A stretch of 64,000 bases of DNA from Actinomycetota bacterium (GTDB lineage: Bacteria > Actinomycetota > Thermoleophilia > Solirubrobacterales > 70-9). A model generated the notes under the pieces. That model worked only from the letters and a program-made list of their open reading frames with translations, was not told where the DNA came from and made no database searches. The DNA is taken from positions 9,114 to 73,113 of the forward strand of contig JBKPIV010000009.1 of NCBI GenBank assembly GCA_046730395.1, given 5' to 3'. A program made the position numbers and the translations under genes. This document shows positions 55,445 through 63,643 of the stretch, piece by piece. How positions within the stretch are numbered: position 1 is the stretch's first letter; every line of letters starts with the position of its first letter.

Positions 55445-57067
55445 ATGGCCGATACGTCGATCGAGCGCTTCCGCAGGGTCGTCAAGGCCGCGTACGCCCA
55501 GCTCGAAGCGAGGCGGCAGGAGGTCAACGACCTGAACGTCTTCCCGGTCGCCGACGGCGACACGGGCGACAACATGGCGCTCACGCTTCAGGCCGTGATG
55601 CGCGAGCTCGATCGCCTGAACGGTCAGCCGATCAGCGCCAACCGCGACGAGATCGTTCACGCCGTCGCCCGCGCGGCGCTCATGGGCGCCCGCGGAAACT
55701 CCGGCGTCATCCTGAGCCAGATCGTCCGCGGCGCCGCCGAGGAGCTGGCCAGCCGCCCGGGGGAGCTGGTCGACCCGGTGCTCGTGGCCGCGGCACTGGC
55801 GCGGGCCGCCGACGCCGCGTACGAATCGGTCCGGGATCCCGCGGAGGGCACCATGCTCACCGTCATCCGCGAGATGGCGCACGCGGTCTCTCATCACCTC
55901 GCCCATATGGACCGTCAGCGCCTCTCCCCGGCGGCCACGGACGCCGAACAGGACGAGCTGCTCGCCGAGGTCCTCGCCGTCGCGACCGAGGCGGGAGAGG
56001 CAGCCGTGCAGCGAACGACCTCCCAGCTCGAGGTCCTCGCCGAGGCCGGGGTGGTGGACGCCGGCGCCTACGGGCTACTGGTGATCCTGGTGGGTGCGAT
56101 GGCGGGCCTCCGCGACGGCGCGGAGGAGCTGCCGGAGATCCCGCACCACGAGCCGCCCCGCCAGACCCGGCCGCACCACTTCGACAGCCGCTATCGGTAC
56201 TGCACCAACTTCATCGTCACCGGCGAGGCGCTGGATGCGCGTGCGTTCGCCCCGCGACTGGAGGAGCTGGGCGACTCGGTGCTCGTGGTCGGCGACCAGG
56301 CGACGCTCAAGGTTCACGTCCACACGGACGAGCCGGAGGTCGCGGTCGCGGCCTTTGAGGAGGCCGGCGACGTGCAGCGGCTCGACGTCGCCGATATGCG
56401 GGAGCAGATCGCCGCCCGCGAGGCGCGCCTCACGCAGGCGCGCACCGGGGTCGTCGCGGTGGCGGCGGGCGACGGGATGAAATCGCTGTTCGAGGGCCTC
56501 GGCGCCCACGTGGTGGACGGAGGCCCCAGCCTCAACCCATCCACGTACGAGATCCTCGCGGGCATCCACGAGGTGACCGCCGAGGAGGTGCTCGTGTTAC
56601 CTAACTCCCCGAACGTCCTGCTGGCCGCGCGGGAGGCGGCGAAGCTCTCCGAGAAGCCCGCCCGCGTGGTGCCGTCGCGCTCGCAGCAGGCGGCGCTCGC
56701 GGCGCTGGTGGAGGTCGACCCCGCGGCCGAGGGGCAGCGAAACGCCGTCCGCCTCTCCGAGGCGCTCGCGGAGATCCGCTCCGGGGCGATCGCCCCGGCG
56801 GCGCGCGACGATCCCCAGGGACGGTTCGTCCGCGGCGATGCGGTCGGTTTCGCCGAGGACGGGGTGGTGGCCTGGGGCGGCGCGGGCTCGACGCTCTCGG
56901 CCACGATCGAGCGCATCGCCTCCGGCGCGGAGCTGGTCACCGTGATCGAGGGAGAGCGCGCCCCGATTCCGCTCGACCAGCTGCCGCTGTCCCTTCCCGA
57001 TGGCGTCGAGGTCGAGCTTCAGAACGGTGGACAGCCGCATTACTGGTGGCTGCTCGCTGCTCAGTGA
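55445..57067 (+). CDS. yloV: DAK2-domain fusion protein YloV
   Basis: The N-terminal DAK2 motif LNVFPVADGDTGDNM and a DegV-like C-terminal half. The conserved rpmB-yloV-recG neighbourhood supports the call. Confidence 0.85.
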   Translation: MADTSIERFRRVVKAAYAQLEARRQEVNDLNVFPVADGDTGDNMALTLQAVMRELDRLNGQPISANRDEIVHAVARAALMGARGNSGVILSQIVRGAAEELASRPGELVDPVLVAAALARAADAAYESVRDPAEGTMLTVIREMAHAVSHHLAHMDRQRLSPAATDAEQDELLAEVLAVATEAGEAAVQRTTSQLEVLAEAGVVDAGAYGLLVILVGAMAGLRDGAEELPEIPHHEPPRQTRPHHFDSRYRYCTNFIVTGEALDARAFAPRLEELGDSVLVVGDQATLKVHVHTDEPEVAVAAFEEAGDVQRLDVADMREQIAAREARLTQARTGVVAVAAGDGMKSLFEGLGAHVVDGGPSLNPSTYEILAGIHEVTAEEVLVLPNSPNVLLAAREAAKLSEKPARVVPSRSQQAALAALVEVDPAAEGQRNAVRLSEALAEIRSGAIAPAARDDPQGRFVRGDAVGFAEDGVVAWGGAGSTLSATIERIASGAELVTVIEGERAPIPLDQLPLSLPDGVEVELQNGGQPHYWWLLAAQ

Positions 57068-57122
57068 CGCATCTCACACTCCGACCGGCGCCTCGCTCAT
57101 TCCCGGTGGGTAGCTTGGCCGT

Positions 57123-57912
57123 ATGAGGGGCTCGAGGCCCGTTCTCTGGCATATCGCCATCTCGCACTACAACGAGAAGGTCCGCTGGGCGCTCGACTAC
57201 AAGTCCGTGGACCACGAGCGCCGGGCGCCGCCCCCGGGAGCCCACATGGCGGTCGCGCTGTGGCTCACCCGCGGCCGCCGCAAGACCTTTCCGATCCTGC
57301 AGCTCGACGGCGACGCGATCGGCGACTCGACCGCGATCATCGCGGCGCTCGAGCACCGCTTTTCCCGATCCGCCGCTTTACCCGGAGGACCCCGCCGAGC
57401 GCGCACGGGCGCTCGACCTGGAGGAGTTCTTCGACGAGGAGCTCGGTCCACACGCCCGCCTCCTGGCCTTCCACGAGGCGATCAGGCATCCGGCGACCGT
57501 CGAGCGGTTCACGGTCGACCTGCTCCCAGGGCGGGTCCGAGACTCGAGCGTCGTGCGGGCGGGGGCGACAAGGTTCTTCTCGGGCTTCGCCTCGGTTCGC
57601 TACGGCGTCCGGAGCGAGCGGGCCGCCGAGCTCGCCAAGCACAAGATCCTGGCGGCGTTCGACCGTCTCGAATCGGAGCTCGGCCCGAACGACTATCTGG
57701 TCGGGAGCGGTTTCACCGTCGCTGACCTGACCGCCGCCTCGCTTCTCTATCCCGTCGTCGGGCCCCCCGAGGGTCCGGAGCTAGGGGAGCCGCCGCCGGC
57801 TTATGAGCGCTTCCGGGCCCCGCTCGCCGACCGCCCCGGCTACCGGTGGGTCGAGGAGATGTTCCGGCGCCACCGCAAGCCCGCGGATCGCGCGAGGGTC
57901 GCGGTCAGCTGA
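57123..57912 (+). pseudogene. Glutathione S-transferase-like protein, frame-disrupted at a T4 run
   Basis: The GST N-domain (LWHIAISHYNEKVRWALDYK...FPILQLDGDAIGDSTAIIAALEHR) is in the frame of ORF 57123. The continuation (FPDPPLYPEDPAERARALDLEEFFDEELG...YLVGSGFTVADLTAASLL) is in the frame of ORF 57553..57912. The junction is at T4 57360-57363, and removing one T restores a single ORF. Confidence 0.6.
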
Positions 57913-58378
57913 CCTCGACGATCGCCTCCACCTCGACCGGCACGTCGAAGGGGAGCTCGGAGGCGCCGATCGCCGAGCGGGCGTGGCGGCCGGCCTCGCC
58001 CCAGAGCTCCATGATCAGCTCCGAGAAGCCGTTGATGACCGCAGGCGTCTTGCTGAAGCCCGGGGCGCAGTTGACGAGGCCGAGCACCTTGACCCATCGG
58101 CTCACCCGATCGAGGTCGCCGAGCTCCTGCTTGAGCCCCGCGCAGATCGCGAGCCCGACGAGGCGCGCCGCCTCGTAGCCCTCCTCCACGGTGACGTCGG
58201 CGCCGACCTTTCCCGTCACCAGGACCTCGGCGCCGTCGGTCGGCAGGTGGCCGGAGACGTAGGCGAGGTTGCCGTTTACCTGCACGAGATCGAACTTGAA
58301 CTCGACTCCCGGCGGGGCGGCGAACGGCTTCGGCAGCTCGAGCCCGAGCTCGGCCAGCCTGTCGTCGATCCGTCCCAT
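57905..58378 (-). CDS. RidA/YjgF/TdcF-family reactive-intermediate deaminase-like protein
   Basis: YjgF fold pattern (YVSGHLP...VKVLGLVN...ARSAIGASELPFDVPVEVEAIVEV). ATG 58378 was chosen as the start. Confidence 0.75.
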   Translation of the reverse strand: MGRIDDRLAELGLELPKPFAAPPGVEFKFDLVQVNGNLAYVSGHLPTDGAEVLVTGKVGADVTVEEGYEAARLVGLAICAGLKQELGDLDRVSRWVKVLGLVNCAPGFSKTPAVINGFSELIMELWGEAGRHARSAIGASELPFDVPVEVEAIVEVS

Positions 58379-58475
58379 CGGCGGGACAACATAACCCCCC
58401 CGCCGCGGCGGCACGGTCCGGCTCCTCCCCTCGGCGCGGGTTCCGGCCCCGCGCCGCCGTAGCCTTGGTTACGAG

Positions 58476-61400
58476 ATGAGCAACGCGGTGGCTCCCCCTC
58501 GCGAGCGCGAAGTCGCGGCCGAGCCCGAGGCCCCGTGCGCGTTCGCGAGCACGGACGAACAGGATCGCGAGCTGCTGCGCTCCGCCGCCCTGCGCTCTGT
58601 GCCGCGACCGAGCGTGCTCGCGGCCGGCGTCGCATCGCTTCGCGGCGCGGGGCCCAAGCTCGCCGCCGCCGCCGGGGAGCTCGGGATCCAGAGCCTGGGC
58701 GATGTCCTCCTCCACGTCCCGCACTCCTATCGCGAGCGCTCGGCGCCCCGCAAGCTCGCCGAGGTTCGGATCGGGGAGCGGGCGACGGTCGAGGTGCGGG
58801 TGCGCTCGGTGAGGGTCCGCCCGACCCGGCGCCGGGGGCTGGTGATCGTCGAGGCGACGGTGGCCGACGACTCCGGGCCGGGGAAGGCGGTCTGGTTCAA
58901 CCAGGCCTGGCTCGGGGAGCGCCTGCGCGAGGGTACGCGCCTGCTGCTCTACGGGAAGCTCGACCGGACCGGGCTTAGGGTGGAGGCGCATGAGTTCCTG
59001 GACTCGGGCGACGGCGCGTGCGGTGGCTCCAGCCCACCGCCAGGGCTCCACACGACGGGGATCGTGCCGGTGCACCCCGCGTCCGAACGGCTGCGCGCCC
59101 AGCGGTTGCGTGAATGGGCCTGGCAGGTGCGCTCGCTGGCCCGGCACGCGCTGGAGCCCCTGCCCGCCGAGCTTCGCGCCAGGCGCCGCCTCGGCGCCGC
59201 CGGCGACGCCCTCGCTACGGCGCAGTTCCCGCGCGACCTTGAGGCGGCCGAGCGCGCGCGGGGGCGGCTCGCCTTCGAGGAGCTCTTCCTTCACCAGGCC
59301 GCGCTGGCCACCCGGCGTCAGGGGCGGGACGCGGCCCGGCCCGGGATCGCCCTGGCCGAGCCGGGCGAGTCGGTCCAGCGCTGGATCGAGTCGCTGCCGT
59401 TCGAGCTCACCTCCGATCAGCGCCGCGCGATCGACGAGCTCGACGCCGACCTGGAAGCTGAGCGTCCGATGCAACGGCTCTTGATGGGAGAAGTCGGATC
59501 TGGAAAGGCGCAGCCCCTTGACGCGGGGGTGCTGACGCCGACTGGCTTCAGAAGCATGGGTGATCTCCAGGTCGGGGACGTGGTGATCGCCCCGGACGGC
59601 ACGACGACGCACGTCACCGGCGTGTTCCCGCAGGGGGTACGTGATGTGTGGCGTGTCCACTTCTCCGATGGAACGAGGGCCGACTGCGATCTCGATCACC
59701 TCTGGCAAGTACAAACCAGCACGGCTCGCTGCCGTGGCGATCGGCCGAAGGTGATGACGCTCCGAGAGATCGCGTCTGATCTGCGGCGCCCAAGCGGGGC
59801 TGCGAAATGGCATATCGAATTGCCAGCTCCCGCAGATCTAGAGCACGGGGGGGACAGACCGCTTGAGCCCTACCTGCTCGGCCTTCTTCTCGGCGATGGG
59901 GGATTGACGGTCGCGAGTTGTGTCCGGTTCACCAGTTCCGACAGCGAGCTCGTCGCCTCAGTGCGCGCCGCTCTGCCCGCTGGCTGCAAATTGCGACGAC
60001 AGCCCCATCGGCCTTATGACTGGACGGTTGTCTCGGAACGACGGCAAGTTAATGCTGCGGTGCTTGCTCGGGCGACTCGTGGCGACGTCGCATCGATGGC
60101 GCGTGCGTACGAGGCGGGCGCGAGTCAGGAGGCGATCGGGCTGAAAATCGGTCTTAGCGGCACAATGGTCCGCCACCACCTGCTCAAGCACAACGTACGA
60201 ATGCGCGAGCCCGGCAGCCGCCCTAATCCCCTTGTCGCGAGCCTACAGGCCTTGGGTCTGATGGGCAAGTCCGCGCGCGAGAAGGCGGTTCCTCGCTCGT
60301 ACCTAATCGCTCCTCGACGAGTTCGACACGCCGTTCTTCAGGGTCTGATGGACACAGATGGAACTCTGAGCTCCAGTGGGTCGGACGTGACATTTACCTC
60401 GGCCTCTCGAGAGCTGGCCGAGGACGTGGCGTGGCTGGTCCGCTCGCTCGGTGGTCGGGCCCGGTGTCGCAGCGTGAGGAAATCGGGGCGCTCGTATTGG
60501 ACGACCAGCGTGATCCTTCCGGCTGCGTTTCCTCCGTTCAGATTGACCCGCAAGGCCGCGCTGCTAAGGCCGCGCACGAAGTACGCCAACCCGGCCAAAG
60601 CGATCGTCGAGGTGACCCGCATCGGCACTAAGCCTGTCCAGTGCATCTCGCTGGCCCATCCGAGTCAGCTGTACATCACTGATGGCTTCACTGTCACCCA
60701 CAACACCGTCATCGCTCTCTACGGCATGCTGCGCGCGGTCGAGGCGGGTTTTCAGGCGGCCTTGATGGCGCCCACGGAGACCCTCGCCGAGCAACACGCG
60801 GCGACCCTGGACCGGCTGCTCGCCGCGCACGCGCTCCCGTTCGCGCTGCTCACGAGCGCGACGCCGGCCGGGCGACGGCGCCGGGCGCTCGACCGCCTGG
60901 CCTCCGGCGAGCTCGAGATGGTCGTCGGCACCCACGCCCTGATCGAGGAGGACGTGGCGTTCGCCCGGCTCGCCCTCTGCGTGGTCGACGAGCAGCACCG
61001 CTTCGGGGTTCGCCAGCGCGCCGCGCTCGACGCCAAGGGGGCGGACGGCAGGGCACCGCATGCGCTGCACATGACCGCGACGCCGATCCCGCGAACCCTC
61101 TCCTTGACCGCTTATGGCGATCTGGACGCCACCGTCCTCCGGGAGCTCCCTGCCGGGCGCAAGCCGGTCGCGACCTGGGTGGTGGGGGAGGACAAGCGGG
61201 CCGGCGCCTACGAGTTCATCCGCGAGCGGCTGCGCGAGGGGCGCCAGGCATATGTCGTCTGCCCGCTGGTGGAGGGATCGGAGAAGCTCGAGGCGAAGGC
61301 CGCCGCCGAGGAGGCCGAGCGCCTCCGCGCGAGCGAGTTCGCCGACTTCGAGGTGGGGCTCCTGCACGGCCAGATGCCGCCCCGGGACAAGCAGGCGGCG

Positions 61401-61898
61401 ATGGAGGGCTTCGCGCACGGGAGAACGGACGTGCTCGTCGCCACGAGCGTGATCGAGGTGGGCATCGACGTCGCGAACGCGACCGTGATGCTGATCGAGG
61501 GCGCCGAGCGCTACGGGGTGTCGCAGCTCCACCAGCTCCGCGGCAGGGTGGGGCGGGGCGAGCACGCCTCCCATTGCATCTTGTTCGCCGACCCGGGCTC
61601 GGAGCTCGCGCGACGAAGGCTGAGCGCGATCGAGGCGGAGAGGGACGGGTTCAAGCTCGCCGAGGTGGACCTGGCGCTCCGCGGCGAGGGCGAGATCCTC
61701 GGCACGCGCCAGCACGGGCTCCCGCGGTTCCGGGTGGCCGAGCTGCCGGATGACATCGCCCTGCTCACCCAGGCGCGCCGCGAGCTGATCGGGTTGCTGG
61801 ATCGATACGGCTCCCTCGACGCGCCGGAGCTCGGCCCGCTCCTCGACGCCGTGCGCCAGCGCTTCGGGGACGAGCGCGACGAGCCGATCGCGGCCTGA
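58476..61898 (+). CDS. recG: ATP-dependent DNA helicase RecG, interrupted in frame by an intein
   Basis: A wedge/OB N-domain and helicase motifs (GEVGSGK..[399-aa insert]..TVIALYGM; VVDEQHRFG; MTATPIPRT; LHGQM; TSVIEVGIDV; QLRGRVGRG). The length without the insert is about 741 aa. Confidence 0.9.
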   Translation: MSNAVAPPREREVAAEPEAPCAFASTDEQDRELLRSAALRSVPRPSVLAAGVASLRGAGPKLAAAAGELGIQSLGDVLLHVPHSYRERSAPRKLAEVRIGERATVEVRVRSVRVRPTRRRGLVIVEATVADDSGPGKAVWFNQAWLGERLREGTRLLLYGKLDRTGLRVEAHEFLDSGDGACGGSSPPPGLHTTGIVPVHPASERLRAQRLREWAWQVRSLARHALEPLPAELRARRRLGAAGDALATAQFPRDLEAAERARGRLAFEELFLHQAALATRRQGRDAARPGIALAEPGESVQRWIESLPFELTSDQRRAIDELDADLEAERPMQRLLMGEVGSGKAQPLDAGVLTPTGFRSMGDLQVGDVVIAPDGTTTHVTGVFPQGVRDVWRVHFSDGTRADCDLDHLWQVQTSTARCRGDRPKVMTLREIASDLRRPSGAAKWHIELPAPADLEHGGDRPLEPYLLGLLLGDGGLTVASCVRFTSSDSELVASVRAALPAGCKLRRQPHRPYDWTVVSERRQVNAAVLARATRGDVASMARAYEAGASQEAIGLKIGLSGTMVRHHLLKHNVRMREPGSRPNPLVASLQALGLMGKSAREKAVPRSYLIAPRRVRHAVLQGLMDTDGTLSSSGSDVTFTSASRELAEDVAWLVRSLGGRARCRSVRKSGRSYWTTSVILPAAFPPFRLTRKAALLRPRTKYANPAKAIVEVTRIGTKPVQCISLAHPSQLYITDGFTVTHNTVIALYGMLRAVEAGFQAALMAPTETLAEQHAATLDRLLAAHALPFALLTSATPAGRRRRALDRLASGELEMVVGTHALIEEDVAFARLALCVVDEQHRFGVRQRAALDAKGADGRAPHALHMTATPIPRTLSLTAYGDLDATVLRELPAGRKPVATWVVGEDKRAGAYEFIRERLREGRQAYVVCPLVEGSEKLEAKAAAEEAERLRASEFADFEVGLLHGQMPPRDKQAAMEGFAHGRTDVLVATSVIEVGIDVANATVMLIEGAERYGVSQLHQLRGRVGRGEHASHCILFADPGSELARRRLSAIEAERDGFKLAEVDLALRGEGEILGTRQHGLPRFRVAELPDDIALLTQARRELIGLLDRYGSLDAPELGPLLDAVRQRFGDERDEPIAA
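59508..60704 (+). mobile_element. Intein (399 codons) with a LAGLIDADG homing endonuclease domain, inserted between Lys and Thr of the RecG Walker A motif
   Basis: It starts AQPLDAGVLTPTGF and ends FTVTHN, followed by Thr. It has two LAGLIDADG motifs (YLLGLLLGDGGL; VLQGLMDTDGTL). Block B is DLDHLW and block F is VQCISL. GC is visibly lower than in the flanking recG. Confidence 0.8.
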
Positions 61899-62431
61899 TG
61901 CGCGTGGTCGCCGGGGAGCTCAAGGGGCGGCGACTCGCCGCGCCGCCGCGCCGCTCCGCCGCGGTGCGCCCGACCGCCGACCGGGTCCGCGAGGCCGTCT
62001 TCTCAATGCTCGGCGAGATCGGCGGCGCGGGCGTCCTCGACCTCTTCTGCGGCACCGGCGCCCTGGCCATCGAATCGCTCTCCCGCGGCGCCGCGGACGC
62101 GGTGCTCGTCGACATCAGGACCTCGCTGGCGCGCCGCAACGTGGCGAGGCTCGGCCTCGGGACGCGGTGCGAGGTGGTGCGCTCCGACGCGCTGCGCTAC
62201 CTGCGCCGCACCCGGCGCCGCTTCGACCTGATCTTCTGCGACCCGCCGTATAGACTCGCCGACCGTCTTGAGGGGGAACTCGACCTGCTCGTCGGTGGCC
62301 GGCTCGCCAGGGGCGGCCGCTTGATCGCCGAGACCGCGGCCCACCGGCCGCTGGCCCTGGGACTGCCCCTGCTTGCCGAGCGGCGCTACGGGGAGACGAT
62401 GGTCCGCATCCACGCGGGGGCGGATCGATGA
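61898..62431 (+). CDS. rsmD: 16S rRNA (guanine966-N2)-methyltransferase RsmD
   Basis: RPTADRVREAVFSML, DLFCGTGAL, and DPPY motifs. The start overlaps the recG stop by 1 nt. Confidence 0.85.
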   Translation: MRVVAGELKGRRLAAPPRRSAAVRPTADRVREAVFSMLGEIGGAGVLDLFCGTGALAIESLSRGAADAVLVDIRTSLARRNVARLGLGTRCEVVRSDALRYLRRTRRRFDLIFCDPPYRLADRLEGELDLLVGGRLARGGRLIAETAAHRPLALGLPLLAERRYGETMVRIHAGADR

Positions 62432-62931
62432 GCGACGGGCGCACCGCCATCTGCCCGGGCACCTACGACCCGGTCACCAACGGTCACCTGGACATCATCA
62501 CCCGGGCCGCCAAGGTGTTCGACAGGGTGGTGGTCGGGGTCGTGAACCAGCCGGTTCGCAAGCAGACCACCCTGTTCAGCGGCGAGGAGAGGCGAGCCTT
62601 CATCCAGGCGGCGCTCGCGGAGGGGGACATCGGCAACGTCGAGGTGGCGGTCTTCTCCACGCTGCTCGTCGAGTTCGCCCGCGAGCACGGCGCGGGCGCG
62701 ATCGTCAAGGGGCTTCGCGCGATCTCCGACTTCGAATACGAGTTCGAGATGAACCAGTTGAATCGCAAGCTGGCGCCGGACATCGAGTCCGTCTACATCA
62801 TCGCCTCACCGGACTACAGCTTCCTCTCCTCGACCGGCGTCAAGGAGATGGCGACCTTCGGGGGCGACGTCTCTGACCTGGTGCCTCGTGGGGTCGTCGA
62901 GGCCCTGAACGAAAAGCTTCGTCGGGGCTAG
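62428..62931 (+). CDS. coaD: Phosphopantetheine adenylyltransferase
   Basis: CPGTYDPVTNGHLDII (HxGH-type) and ISDFEYE motifs. It overlaps rsmD by 4 nt. Confidence 0.9.
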   Translation: MSDGRTAICPGTYDPVTNGHLDIITRAAKVFDRVVVGVVNQPVRKQTTLFSGEERRAFIQAALAEGDIGNVEVAVFSTLLVEFAREHGAGAIVKGLRAISDFEYEFEMNQLNRKLAPDIESVYIIASPDYSFLSSTGVKEMATFGGDVSDLVPRGVVEALNEKLRRG

Positions 62932-63035
62932 CGACTGCAGGAGCGGGTTCTAGTGGGCAGGAGCTTGCAGTCGGGCGGCGAAATCACGCCTGTCGGTCGG
63001 GTTTCCGCCGCTCCGCGTAAGCTTTCCGCACTCCC

Positions 63036-63503
63036 ATGGACGTTCTCGTACTAATCGACAAGCTCGATGACCTGATTCACAATGCGCGGCCGGTGCCGCT
63101 CACCGATCAGGTGCGCGTGGATCGCGAGGAGATCTACGACCTGCTCGACCAGATGCGCGCCACGATCCCGGAGGAGATCAAGCAGGCCCGGTGGATCGTC
63201 AAGGAACGACAGGAGATGCTCGCCGAGGCGAAGCGCGAGGCCGAGCGTGTGGTCAAGGAGGCGCGCGATCAGCAGGCGCGCCTGATCTCCGAGGAGGAGG
63301 TCTACAAGCAGGCCGAGCGCGCCGCCGAGGAGATAATCGAGGACGCGCGCGAGACGGAACGCCAGATCCGGCTCGGAGCGGAGGACTACGCGGACGAGAT
63401 CCTCTCCACGCTCGAGGTCAACCTCGAGAAGTTCCTGGCCGCGGTCCGTCGTGGTCGCGACCGGCTGGCCGGACGAGAGGAAGAGCCGGCCGAGGTCGGC
63501 TAG
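63036..63503 (+). CDS. Coiled-coil protein, DivIVA/SepIVA (Rv2927c)-like by recollection
   Basis: 155 aa. An N-terminal LIDKLDDLIHNARPVPLTDQVRVDREEIYDLLDQMRATIPEEI segment is followed by charged heptad repeats and a C-terminal LEKFLAAVRRGRDRL. The family assignment comes from memory of mycobacterial homologues and is not verified. Confidence 0.45.
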   Translation: MDVLVLIDKLDDLIHNARPVPLTDQVRVDREEIYDLLDQMRATIPEEIKQARWIVKERQEMLAEAKREAERVVKEARDQQARLISEEEVYKQAERAAEEIIEDARETERQIRLGAEDYADEILSTLEVNLEKFLAAVRRGRDRLAGREEEPAEVG

Positions 63504-63643
63504 GGACGCCTGCAAATCGTCGCCTGGCTGTGTCCTCGCTCGGGCGCCTCGCTCACGTACGCTCTCAGTACGCTCGCCTCGGCGCCCTCCGTGCGTCCTT
63601 GCCAGGCTCGGTTTTCGGCGTCCCACGATTTGATTCGTCTTCC

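Noticed and set aside
57840-59813. Very long antisense or off-frame ORFs in the six-frame track. Examples are 57840..59813 (-), 9506..11215 (-), 39542..41092 (-), 8398..9921 (-), 49460..51304 (-), and the 46042 and 38315 N-terminal extensions.
   Set aside because: Their translations are Arg/Pro/Gly/Ala-rich low-complexity strings, which is typical of wrong frames in very GC-rich DNA. They overlap genes with unambiguous conserved motifs on the other strand or in another frame. I treat them as shadow ORFs.
62932-62973. An 8-bp inverted repeat (CGACTGCA...TGCAGTCG) after coaD and a GGCCCCGGGGCC palindrome flanked by GCGCTAGCG repeats after aroA (34820-34861), considered as intrinsic terminators.
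   Set aside because: Neither stem is followed by a U tract, and the loops are long. They may be terminators in this GC-rich organism, but the sequence alone does not support calling them as features.
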